Assembly (NCBI GenBank): GCA_052426225.1
Contig: JBNJNM010000021.1
Span: 3,162,001-3,226,000, forward strand
Length of the DNA stretch: 64,000 bases
Reading direction: 5' to 3'
Source of the DNA: Zancudomyces culisetae HAW-14-8
Lineage: Eukaryota; Fungi; Kickxellomycota
Part shown: piece by piece, positions 48,875 through 59,393 of the stretch
Layout: each line of letters begins with the position of its first letter
Numbering within the stretch: the stretch's first letter is position 1
The notes under the pieces: generated by a model
Seen by the model: the letters and a program-made list of their open reading frames with translations, nothing else
The model's database searches: none
What the model was told of the DNA's origin: nothing
Translations under genes and position numbers: made by a program

Positions 48875-51202
48875 ATGCTAAAAAAACGAAAGAAGAGTAA
48901 AAATAAACTCAAGAAAAAAGATACAGGTGCAGTCTTTGGCACAGATGAACAAGGAAGGTTTGCATCGATTGGAGAAGATGCTACAGAAAGGAGCGTAAGT
49001 AAATCGAGAAGGGGAACCTCGGGAATAGAGCAGAATTCGGAGGTAATTAATATACAGGAATTCGAAGAAAAATATGACACGCGGAAATTGATATTCTTTG
49101 GATTGATGTTCCTCCTTGTTCTGACTGTGGCATTGACCGGTGTTTACAAGATAATCATAATATTAGTGACGTATTCAAAGGGAAATGCAGCTACAGAAAT
49201 TCAAAGCAATATAGATCAGGTGCTCAAATTTTCACAGGAAAACAATTTGCTTGTAAGGATTGATGATCTCAAAAGGATGTTTGAATTTATCAGGAAAAAT
49301 CGTGGAGGGAAAAGTGGAAGGACGTTGGTAGCAAGGGGCTTTTGGGTAATAATAGAACTAATATCTTACTTGGTAGTCGGACTTAGCCGATTCTTTAGCG
49401 GGATTATTAGCATTATAAATGGTAAGGAGGTATTCGCGATAGGGCTTTCAATAGTTGAGGTGCTTAGATGCGTCAAAAGAAACAAGAAAAGAAATATTGC
49501 GATACTCTTTATCTTTTTGCTATCGCTCGAATGGGTGCGGCTTTTTCCAGATAGAGAGCATGATAAACTTAAAAAGACAATTAATGCACCAATGTGTAAA
49601 GCAATGGAAACTAACTATAAAAGGATTCCGACACTTAAAATGTTTTTTGAACAAGACCAGCAATGGGATACCAATATTATTGGTGATGAGACCGAGGAGA
49701 ATAAATATAACGAGTTAACTAGGTTTTCTAGACTGGCAATAATTATCATTACACATTCACAAGTGTTGCTGGAATTCAAAGAAATAAAAATTCTAGATTT
49801 GGTTTTTGTTGCAAATGTTGGAGCGGTTCTCTTGGATCTCTATGAGATAAAAGGTGAACCAAAAAAGTATGAATGCGACGAGAGGTTAATAAACAACGAA
49901 TACCTAAGGGTTCTGGATTATTGCTATCGAAAAAATATGAATCAATTAAAAAGATGTGACAAGATATGCTCGTTTTTAACTAATTATCAACTCTATACCT
50001 TGACATGGGTAAACGAGATATGTAGGTGCAAAACCAGATCTGAAAAAATAATGATTAATCTCATAGACGCATTAGAATATCTTGCTAAATACCGGCATTT
50101 GATATACGTGTTTGTGCTGATGTCTTCTAGGATATTGGTTTTGTTACTGAATAAAGAAAAAATTAGCGAGTTTGGAAGTCTCTTGGTATATTATCTGAAC
50201 AAAAAAGTGGTATGGTCCCTAGACGGAGGCGATAATAGCCATGGAAATAAAAGGGACAGTGAAAAAGATGGTGGTTGTATTGGTGATAACAGCGGTAATG
50301 GCGATGATGGTGGCGATGCTAGCTGTAGCGAAAACATGTGTGCCGAGAATGGGGATACCGAGTATCCAATTACGATCTACGGGCACCAACACTTGATTTC
50401 AACCAGAGGACCATATCTTATTAAGCTTGATGAAAAAAGAGAACTTGGATTATATTCTGACTTTAAGATATGTACATTTTGTATTTTGGGCAAATGCAAA
50501 AAGTGTGACAGTGCTCTAGAAGCCAAGAAAATTTCTGTGAATAATGCTGGTAGTAGAAAGGAGAAACCGCTGAAAAGACAAAATAGTGCTGGTGGAGATG
50601 GTAAAGACTTTTATAAAGTGAACTTGATAAGCCATTCCACGTCATGTATTCATGCTGATTCACATTTTCCATTTAACCAAGGAAACAGAAAAGTGGGATT
50701 TGCTGAAAAGCACTACAAAGAGATGATAGAAAACATCAACATGCTGCTGGACAGAGAAAAAAATAGCCATCACATGTTTGATATGTGTGTTGAAGAGTTT
50801 GTTCACGTTTCTGGGTCCCCAAAAGTGGATGTTAAAATAAGAATTATTGTTAACTCTGCCCTATCTGCGTACTTTTTAAAGCTTGTTGAAAGGCACAATC
50901 TTCATTTGGAACTTCTTGAGCTCGGACAGAGAAACAATATTACTATCGACAGTTATTGCTCAGGAAATGACAAAGCAGATGCACTGCCAAACACAAAAAT
51001 GTCTGAAGTTACAACCTTCCATATCCCCAGCCTTTATTTTGGTGTTACCTTGAATGGCAAGAAATTTGACAATTTTCATGTTCAAGATAATTGCCTAAAC
51101 AACACAATTACTCTGTTCTCCCTAAGTTCAAACGCTTTCTACAAAATTGCTTTTGAGTTTTTAGGAATATCAAGTCGTCGATTTGATGTTTACGTTCCTT
51201 AG
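48875..51202 (+). CDS. Hypothetical multi-pass membrane protein (775 aa)
   Basis: Long intronless ORF with several hydrophobic segments in the N-terminal half and a Cys-containing soluble C-terminal half. Confidence 0.75.
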   Translation: MLKKRKKSKNKLKKKDTGAVFGTDEQGRFASIGEDATERSVSKSRRGTSGIEQNSEVINIQEFEEKYDTRKLIFFGLMFLLVLTVALTGVYKIIIILVTYSKGNAATEIQSNIDQVLKFSQENNLLVRIDDLKRMFEFIRKNRGGKSGRTLVARGFWVIIELISYLVVGLSRFFSGIISIINGKEVFAIGLSIVEVLRCVKRNKKRNIAILFIFLLSLEWVRLFPDREHDKLKKTINAPMCKAMETNYKRIPTLKMFFEQDQQWDTNIIGDETEENKYNELTRFSRLAIIIITHSQVLLEFKEIKILDLVFVANVGAVLLDLYEIKGEPKKYECDERLINNEYLRVLDYCYRKNMNQLKRCDKICSFLTNYQLYTLTWVNEICRCKTRSEKIMINLIDALEYLAKYRHLIYVFVLMSSRILVLLLNKEKISEFGSLLVYYLNKKVVWSLDGGDNSHGNKRDSEKDGGCIGDNSGNGDDGGDASCSENMCAENGDTEYPITIYGHQHLISTRGPYLIKLDEKRELGLYSDFKICTFCILGKCKKCDSALEAKKISVNNAGSRKEKPLKRQNSAGGDGKDFYKVNLISHSTSCIHADSHFPFNQGNRKVGFAEKHYKEMIENINMLLDREKNSHHMFDMCVEEFVHVSGSPKVDVKIRIIVNSALSAYFLKLVERHNLHLELLELGQRNNITIDSYCSGNDKADALPNTKMSEVTTFHIPSLYFGVTLNGKKFDNFHVQDNCLNNTITLFSLSSNAFYKIAFEFLGISSRRFDVYVP

Positions 51203-53581
51203 TTAGCTGCATGCGTTGATGTCTTTCTCTTGCTTCTGGCCTCCTTTGGTCTTTTGTTTGGATATCCTTCTTTTTTATGTAGCTAAGCCATTTTACGAAT
51301 AGATAAATATATCAAATCATCGCTAAGCGGATTAATCTTCGTTATTTACTAAGCGGAGCTCCTTTTATAAATAGTATCACCTATTCAAATCCTATTATTC
51401 TTCTTCAGACCTTCAGGAATATTTGGGAATGTGTAAGCTCCAAACGGGTTGAAATTAACAAAAGAAAAGAACCGAGTAAAACATAATTTAGAAACATATT
51501 TTTGTGCATATGTACGTTCATTTCTGTTGGTTAGAAAAAGTGAGAACATGACTGCATAGATATAAGAAGGGACATTTTTCTTTTTTTCGCCATCATTTGT
51601 TTTTTTTATTCAGTTTAAAAAAAACTGCTGCGAGTAATATTTTGAATATTTGTTGCTCCATATACTTGATAACATTCAAATCTTGTTAGCTGCTGACAAT
51701 ACCCAGCCATTTCTGCTGTCAACAGGTAGAGTCATTTGAAGGCAAAAATTCTGGGCATGCCTTCCCCTTCAGCTTTAATTACATATCTCCGCCTATTTTC
51801 AATTACACAACTATTTGTAAAAAGTTGCTTTTAGCAAATGTGTGCTTTTTTTGTGAGACTAAGCACAAATATACGGTAGGGGTTTGATTTTACCAACGGA
51901 TATATTATTGTACTTTTTACAATTATACCCGTTTAGACCGTACAAAAAGTTATTGTTTATAGGGCAGAAAAAAAGTACACTGATTTTGTATTGATTTTTT
52001 TCCAACTGAAAATCATTACACACTTATTACAAATATCCAATGAAAATAGTTTAGTTTTTTTTACCTAGAAATACGGAAGGTGATCAACCATTAAAAATTA
52101 TTCTGAGAACCCGCCAAGCAACATCTTGTAATATGAACACGAAGAACCAGTGGCCAGTAGGTTTGTCGCTTTGCAAAAAAAAATTAAACAAATCAAGTTT
52201 CTTAGAACTGGGTTGAGCCGTGTCTATGGTATTCTGCTTAGTATGTATAATATAGTACCTCCTCTTTTGCGCAAACAGTCTGTTGATGACCTCGAATAAA
52301 CGTGGAAAACAAAATTTTTGACAAAGAAAAAAGCGCACATTTTATTTTTTTCGCGGTACGAAGGGAATGGGTGAGTTTGTTCTAATGATAATCTATTGGT
52401 ACATGAGATCATACTTTGAAAGCTTGATAATAGTGTTGGATAAGTAAACAGACAGAGGTGAGTAGGCAAGGATTGGGAGACAAAGAAAAAGATTTTTTCA
52501 ACGTTGCGGTTTGTTAAATTCGGATACCAGAATAAGATTAGTGTTTGAGCTAATAATGGCATTTAATATATCGAACCAGTAACTTTAGTCCAAATTTTCA
52601 GCACTACTTGAAAAAAAATTTATAAAACCTTAAAATAGAAAAGCAAATGGAATGAGTGCAGCTACAAATCATTGATAAAACAATGGGCGCCGAAGCTTTC
52701 ATTTAGTTATTTATCAGCATTATCAACAAAAGTCGTAAACAAAAAAAAATTCAATCAGTGATATTTTGCAGCACTTCAACTGAACTCTAGCTAATGTACA
52801 GAATAACAAAAAGGACAAAAGTAAAAAAAAAAGCAAAACATGCAAACATTTAGCAAGTTCATCAACAGAAATCCAAACAAAATACATGCAGTTTGTATTT
52901 ATCTTTGAATTTATTTGTTTACTAGGTAGTTTGTTTTTTTTAAAGAAAGAAAACAAAACGAAAAACCTGCCCTAAAGCTAGAAAACCTTCCTACCTCTGA
53001 CCATCATAAGCACTTGAAAAGTAATATGTCGCGGGAAAGCATACACTAAATAAATATCCTGATACTTTCGAGATAAACGTATTGGTCTAGTTTAAAAAAA
53101 GTTGAAAACAAAGGGAAGAGAGAAAAAGGGGAGAGAAGGATAGTAAAAAATTTTAAATGTTAAACTGAGTCTAAAATTTCCTTATAAACCAGTCCTAATC
53201 CGCAAAATCAATCTATTGAAAAGTCCACTTTGTATCAAAATAGAAAATTTTTTTCCATTAGGATAGTTACCATAAGCCTTTATAAGAATATAGTAACATT
53301 ATTGATAGTTGGTAGATGATTGACTACCATATATAAAGCAGTTTATAATAGTTAGTTTTGCTAGCCGCTATAAAAGCTCGACCAAGGTACTAAAAAGCTA
53401 TAAAAAAGCTATAAAAAACAACCGCCTGCTAGTTGAAGCAATAAGCTGATCTTATCAACTACCACAGCCTTAGGAACACTGTTATATATTCTCTTAAACA
53501 TATTAATACAAACACAAGACCAATAGGAACGTGAATATAGTCGTTTAACTGAGAAGAGGGAAGAAGAACCATCGAAAAAAG

Positions 53582-56500
53582 ATGACTGCAACAAAAAAGG
53601 AGCTCAACGAGCAAACAACCGCTGGTTTGCGCGCAAGTGGCGGGGAACAAACTTCCATCAGGTCTGCAGGAAGCGAAGGAAACAAGGGGAAGAAGGGGAA
53701 GAAAGGAAAGAAGGGAAAGGGCTCACAACCTGCTGTCAGCGAACACTTGATGAGTCTGGAGGAGTTATGCGCAAAGCTTCAGACACAAGCCAATGCTGAA
53801 AAGCCCGAAACCAGCGAAGGATTAACTCACGAAAAGGCAAAGCACCTACTTGAGGTGAACGGTCCAAACATTTTGACGCCACCAAAGACAAAGTCAAACT
53901 TTACCATCTTTATGGAATGCTTGCTCAATTTGTTTAACGTACTTTTGTTGATAGCTGGTGTGTTGCAGTATATTTTACTTGCAATTGATTTCAAAAAGAA
54001 CAAGGCAAGTATTTATATTGGAGCAATCTTGCTTGCCGTCGCATTCATCAACGCAACCATTGAGTATGTACAGCTAAAAAGCAGTGCAAATCTCTTGAAA
54101 TCGTTTTTGAACATGATTCCAGCTAACAGTAATGTCGTCAGAGAAGGTAAAATCAAAGAAATCAGTGCAGCCGACCTGGTTGTTGGAGATATCTGTTTGG
54201 TAAAAATGGGTGACAAAGTACCAGCCGATATATACGTTTTCAAAAGTAGTGAGCTGCAGGTAGATAATTCGTCATTGACAGGTGAATCAGAACCACAGGA
54301 AAGACACCCAGGAAACACCATGCAAAACCCATTGGAAGCTACTAATCTTATATTCAATGGTACACTTTGTGTATCAGGAACATGCTATGGAATAGTTATT
54401 CAAACAGGAGACAATACAGTTTTGGGACAGATTGCAGAGTTGACCTCGGGAGAACAAGACAGAGAATCACCATTGGCAATGGAAATTTCCCACTTTGTTC
54501 ATATTGTAGCAACAGTGGCTGTATCAACGGCGTTGATTTTCTTTATTCTCGGAATGGTACTATACAATGACCTAAGTTTCTGTATCAACTTTGCTATTGG
54601 TATGTTTGCTGCGTGGGTTCCTGAAGGTCTACCAGCAACAGTGACAATGTTGCTGACATTTGCCGCAAAAAGACTAATGCATAGGCATGTATTGGTCAAG
54701 AGTTTGAAGGGAGTGGATACACTAGGAGCGATCACTTTGCTGGCTACAGATAAAACTGGAACACTCACACGTAACCAAATGACAGTGACATATGTATGGA
54801 GCGACGGAAAACTCAGATCAACCGTGAAGAATAGCGGAGAAAATTTGGACCCAATCAATGATCCTGAAGAAAGAGGTGTTAAGGAAGTTTTGATGATATC
54901 GACATTGTGTAGTGGCATCAAATTTGATAACACCGATGTCCCTGTTGAAAAGAGAGTACTTATTGGCGATGCTACAGAATCAGGGTTGACAAGATTTGCG
55001 GGAACTTGCCTACCTAACTACGATGATATTCAGAAACAGTATCCAAAGAAATTTGAAATTCCATTCAATTCTGCTAACAAATGGATGTTAACAGTTCATG
55101 AATTTGAAACTACGGAAAACAGTCAAGGTAAAGTATTGAGAATGATGGTCAAGGGAGCGCCTGAAAGAGTACTGAAGCTATGTTCAAAAATATTGTTGAA
55201 TGGTGAGTATGTGGACTTGAACGAAAAAGAAATTGCTGATTACACTGAAACCTACGAGTATATGGCAGGAAAGGGACACAGAGTACTGGGTTTTGCACAA
55301 CTTGATTTGGACATTGAAAAATACCCACTTGACTATGAATTTGACAAGAAGGCACAGAATTATCCAACACAAGGATTCAACTTTATTGGATTGGCATCTC
55401 TGGAAGATCCACCAAAACACGGAGTAAGAGAGGCAATCGGTAAGCTTAGAGGAGCAGGAGTTCAAGTAATCATGGTTACAGGAGATCATCCACTGACAGC
55501 TGAAGCAATTGGACGTAAAATTAACTTGATAGTTGGAGAGACCAAGAAGGATGTAGCCAAGCGAACACAGAGAAGAATAGAGGATATTGACGAGGACGAG
55601 TATGATGCAGTGGTGCTTCATGGTGAGCAGCTTGCGGATATGTCAGATGATGACTGGGATGCAGTGTTTAGAAAACCAGAAGTGATATTTGCCAGAACAT
55701 CACCAAAAAACAAGCTGGAAATAGTATCTCGAGCCCAAGCACTGGGACACGTGGTAGGAGTAACAGGAGACGGAGTCAACGATTCACCAGCATTGAAGCG
55801 AGCAGATTTGGGAATAGCGATGAATGAGTCGGGATCAGATGTATCAAAGGATGCGGCGTCAATGGTGTTATTGGATGACAACTTTGCCAGCACAATCAGC
55901 GGAGTGGAGGAAGGAAGGTTGATATTTACAAACATCAAAAAATCTATCAGATATGCTGTTTCTCACTCGATTCCAGAAGTAATTCCACAATTGCTATACA
56001 TCATGGTTCCATTGCCACAAGTTTTAGGTGCATTGCAAATTATTGCAATCGATTTGGGATTTGAATTGATCAATGCACTTTCCTTTGCTTGGGAAAAACC
56101 AGAGTCGGAAGGAGGTTTGATGAAATTGGTTCCTAGAAGCCCGGTAACAGAAAAATCTATTCAAATGCTACGGGCACGAAAACTAAGATACGCGAACGCA
56201 AGAAACGAAAAAATCGAGAGCTATTACGCAGATGACTCGTCTAAAGAAAATGAAGAAAGTGATAGCAAGTTCAAGTCTGTGGGCAAGGTTCTGGCTGCAA
56301 TCAAGAAACCATTTACTAAAAACTTTTGGATTGATATGAAGGAAGGCAAGCTTGGTGAGACCTTGGTTGATTTGGATTTGTTGTGTTACTCATACATCGA
56401 AATGGGAATAATCATAACACTTGGTAGTTCGCTTGCTTGGTTCTGGTGTTTGAACTACAACAAACTGTCGCTCAGTGATGTGCAAACCATGGCATCCAGC

Positions 56501-56986
56501 GACACAACATATTTCACTGATAGCTCACCCGATTACTTCAGCTCTTCGTTTGGTGTCACTCATACCGGAAAGCAACAGGAGAGTATAGCCAAACAGGCCA
56601 GTTCAGCCTATTTCATTTCAGTCTTTATTATGCAATGTTTCAACATGTTTGCATGTAAAACACGCTATTCTCTTCCATTTGGAAAGTACATGTTTAGCAA
56701 TCGCATTTCCTTCTACTCAGTAGCTGTCGGAGCTGTAGTAATCAATCTTTTGATCTATGTTCCTTTCCTAAATGTTGTCTTTGACACTGACTACCATCTC
56801 TTGCCATTATTCTGGATCCCATCTATTGTTTTTGGAATCATCCTGGTGCTATATTCAGCCTGCAGAACACTTGTGTTGCGCAAATACCGACCAGCTCACA
56901 TGACCCCTGACATTCGCGGGCTGCAAATGTATCCTACTATTTGGAGTACACGTGGGTCTATTGCAGGACAAAAGGTCGATGTTTAA
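53582..56986 (+). CDS. Na+/K+-ATPase alpha-like P-type ATPase (P2C/ACU type), copy 2
   Basis: 1134 aa, intronless. Same catalytic motifs as copy 1, with PEGLPATVT and a Lys-rich N-terminus KKGKKGKK. Confidence 0.93.
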   Translation: MTATKKELNEQTTAGLRASGGEQTSIRSAGSEGNKGKKGKKGKKGKGSQPAVSEHLMSLEELCAKLQTQANAEKPETSEGLTHEKAKHLLEVNGPNILTPPKTKSNFTIFMECLLNLFNVLLLIAGVLQYILLAIDFKKNKASIYIGAILLAVAFINATIEYVQLKSSANLLKSFLNMIPANSNVVREGKIKEISAADLVVGDICLVKMGDKVPADIYVFKSSELQVDNSSLTGESEPQERHPGNTMQNPLEATNLIFNGTLCVSGTCYGIVIQTGDNTVLGQIAELTSGEQDRESPLAMEISHFVHIVATVAVSTALIFFILGMVLYNDLSFCINFAIGMFAAWVPEGLPATVTMLLTFAAKRLMHRHVLVKSLKGVDTLGAITLLATDKTGTLTRNQMTVTYVWSDGKLRSTVKNSGENLDPINDPEERGVKEVLMISTLCSGIKFDNTDVPVEKRVLIGDATESGLTRFAGTCLPNYDDIQKQYPKKFEIPFNSANKWMLTVHEFETTENSQGKVLRMMVKGAPERVLKLCSKILLNGEYVDLNEKEIADYTETYEYMAGKGHRVLGFAQLDLDIEKYPLDYEFDKKAQNYPTQGFNFIGLASLEDPPKHGVREAIGKLRGAGVQVIMVTGDHPLTAEAIGRKINLIVGETKKDVAKRTQRRIEDIDEDEYDAVVLHGEQLADMSDDDWDAVFRKPEVIFARTSPKNKLEIVSRAQALGHVVGVTGDGVNDSPALKRADLGIAMNESGSDVSKDAASMVLLDDNFASTISGVEEGRLIFTNIKKSIRYAVSHSIPEVIPQLLYIMVPLPQVLGALQIIAIDLGFELINALSFAWEKPESEGGLMKLVPRSPVTEKSIQMLRARKLRYANARNEKIESYYADDSSKENEESDSKFKSVGKVLAAIKKPFTKNFWIDMKEGKLGETLVDLDLLCYSYIEMGIIITLGSSLAWFWCLNYNKLSLSDVQTMASSDTTYFTDSSPDYFSSSFGVTHTGKQQESIAKQASSAYFISVFIMQCFNMFACKTRYSLPFGKYMFSNRISFYSVAVGAVVINLLIYVPFLNVVFDTDYHLLPLFWIPSIVFGIILVLYSACRTLVLRKYRPAHMTPDIRGLQMYPTIWSTRGSIAGQKVDV

Positions 56987-57164
56987 TTCTCTTTTCTTTT
57001 TCATTTTTTTTTGGGTATGTTGATATTTTTCTTAAATTATGTTTAAATTATGTTTTAACGAGTAAAAATAAAAAAGCGGTAATATACTAGGCGTTTATTT
57101 ATTGATAGATGAGAAATATCAAAAACCAACAAAAAAATATATAGAAATGCAATGCGATTAGGGA

Positions 57165-59393
57165 TTAGAATTTGGTGTTAACATAAAACAAGTTTGCTGA
57201 TTCAGAACCATTGTTCAATATAGAATATACATTTCCTCGAGGAACACAAAACGCACCACCCTGGCCCAGCTGTACTGTTACGTTTTGAATAGTCACCTGA
57301 ACGTGGCCGCGGGCAACATAAAACATGTACGAACTGTTGCGGCTGTTGCGAGCAGGCTTTTCCACGCTAGGTGGGATCTCCAACACACCAGAATACATGA
57401 ATGGTTTTTTTTCACCAGCCCCACCACCGTCATCATCATTTCCAGCAACTTCAGAGACCAAAAGCGAGTCTGCAAATAGCGAGGATAATTTGCACCCCAT
57501 TTCGGGGTTGTCATCATTTCCATTCTCATCTGGTTGCCCATCTTTGGCAACTTGTTTTGCCGATTTATTTTTTTTGAGAACCTCAAATCGGCCCCGAATG
57601 GCAGGTGCTGAAAGTGCTATTGTCTTTGTAGTTAGTTGTTGTGTCGAGTAGTCGACAATTGTTGCTTTGGCCTCTACCACTTCTCCACCATCCTCGTTAT
57701 CGTCTGTATAACCGTAATCGTAGCCGTAACCGTGTTGACCGCCTCGTTTTGACTGCGTTTTTTTTGCCTCTTTTCCCCTAGCGCCTCCCCTCTGGCTGCT
57801 TCGATTTTGTATACCAGGCCTTGGCATTGTGATTCTCTTTCTCCTTTTCCTACCCTTTCTTTTACTGCCTTCATCCGCCGATTTTTCTTTTCTAATTACA
57901 TTTTTTATCACGGGAACCAACACCACATTTTTACTCCCTACAACTCCTCCACCTCCTCCTGTACTTACACCTTCTCCGCTGGTATATCCGTTTTCTAGCG
58001 CTTGATATTCATAGTCGACTTTTTCATTGCGCCAATATTCGATGGGTGCTATTCTTCTCCGCTTACTCTTTCTAAGTCCATCCTCTTGGTCCACTACTCT
58101 ATCTTCACCGTCTTTCTCCTGAACTTCCCTGTCATATGACACGCCTTTTCTCTTGTTCTCGTTGCTGCTGAGTTCTGGTGAGTAGCTCGCCACTTCTTGT
58201 TCATTTTCATGTGCCTCCTCTCCTAAATCATACACGTCTGACATTTCATGTATTTCGTACATTTCGTTGTTTTCCTTTCCGATTTCTCGTTCTTTTTCCC
58301 ACAAATCCACACTTTTATCTTCCACTTTTTGTTCATATTCTAGTTTCTGTTCTTGTACTACATTTAATTCTTCTTCTTGTTCTTCTTGTTTTTGTTGTTG
58401 TTGTTCCTGCTGTTCTTGTTTTTCTAGTGCCGAGGATATCTCTTGTTTTTCTGGCTCTAGCCCAAATTCTCGCGCTAGTTCGCGTATATCCTCTTCTGTA
58501 TGGATTTCTTGTGAGTATTCTCCATCGTCCTCCTCTATTTCCATCACGTTATTGTCTATTTGATATTCGTCATGCTCTTCAGTCTCAATTTCAGTATCAG
58601 CACCAACTCCAATATCACCATCAACTCCAGCATCAGCATCAACTCCAGCATCAGCCTCGCCCTCACTGTTTTGTTGAATATCTTGCTTTTCTATTTCCTG
58701 GCTGCCCTCGTTTTTACCTTCATCTTGACTCTCGTCCGGCTCATTTTCGGATTGGCTCTCCTCTCGAGCTATTTGATCCTTTGTTACCGACCTCATAAAC
58801 CCACTCAGAAACCCCGTATTTCTTCTCTCGCTTCTCTCCTGCTTTTCTGGTGTACGAACAAAGGGTGAGGTTTCTTCTGGCTGTACCATCTCTACCTCCT
58901 CTATTTCTTTGTTCCATTCGACATCACTACTCGCTAGTTCACTCAATGTTACACGTCTGATATGTTTCCTGTCCCGATGTATCTTTTTATCTGTAGTCTC
59001 CTCAGAATTATCTTTTTCTACTCTTTCTTTCTGTTTAGGGTCTTCTATTTTCCGAAGCTCTTCTCCAGTTTCAACCCGATCTTCGTGTTCCGTTTCTTCA
59101 TCACTCACGACAAACGTATCATCCAAATATACATCATTCCCCTTTTGTGGGCTGCCATACCTTTGTGATAGTATCGCAAATGCTCTTTCGATATCAGTGT
59201 CTGACTCAGACTCTTCCTCACTTTCCTGTGTTGACTCTACTTTATCGAAAAAATCATCAACATCTTCATACCCATACTCGTCTATCTTTACCTCCTTTGT
59301 AATCGTTGCCCCTGTTCTTCTACCCCTTATCCCGATATAATTTAGTGCCCCGTATTCCTTGCTTCTTTTACTCTTTTTATCAATACCATTCAT
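57165..59393 (-). CDS. MIF2: Inner kinetochore protein CENP-C/Mif2
   Basis: N-terminal GxRGRRTG..DEYGYEDVDDFF, CENP-C motif RKSKRRRIAPIEYWRNEK, and C-terminal cupin (FYVARG.V.VTI..GG.F.VPRGN.YSI.N). Confidence 0.92.
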   Translation of the reverse strand: MNGIDKKSKRSKEYGALNYIGIRGRRTGATITKEVKIDEYGYEDVDDFFDKVESTQESEEESESDTDIERAFAILSQRYGSPQKGNDVYLDDTFVVSDEETEHEDRVETGEELRKIEDPKQKERVEKDNSEETTDKKIHRDRKHIRRVTLSELASSDVEWNKEIEEVEMVQPEETSPFVRTPEKQERSERRNTGFLSGFMRSVTKDQIAREESQSENEPDESQDEGKNEGSQEIEKQDIQQNSEGEADAGVDADAGVDGDIGVGADTEIETEEHDEYQIDNNVMEIEEDDGEYSQEIHTEEDIRELAREFGLEPEKQEISSALEKQEQQEQQQQKQEEQEEELNVVQEQKLEYEQKVEDKSVDLWEKEREIGKENNEMYEIHEMSDVYDLGEEAHENEQEVASYSPELSSNENKRKGVSYDREVQEKDGEDRVVDQEDGLRKSKRRRIAPIEYWRNEKVDYEYQALENGYTSGEGVSTGGGGGVVGSKNVVLVPVIKNVIRKEKSADEGSKRKGRKRRKRITMPRPGIQNRSSQRGGARGKEAKKTQSKRGGQHGYGYDYGYTDDNEDGGEVVEAKATIVDYSTQQLTTKTIALSAPAIRGRFEVLKKNKSAKQVAKDGQPDENGNDDNPEMGCKLSSLFADSLLVSEVAGNDDDGGGAGEKKPFMYSGVLEIPPSVEKPARNSRNSSYMFYVARGHVQVTIQNVTVQLGQGGAFCVPRGNVYSILNNGSESANLFYVNTKF

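Noticed and set aside
53582-56986. Horizontal transfer of an animal Na+/K+-ATPase (intronless, KKGKK N-terminus)
   Set aside because: TM motifs SHSIPE and IDLGFEL differ from animal TSNIPE and IDLGTDM and fit fungal P2C/ACU pumps. A phylogeny would be needed to claim transfer.
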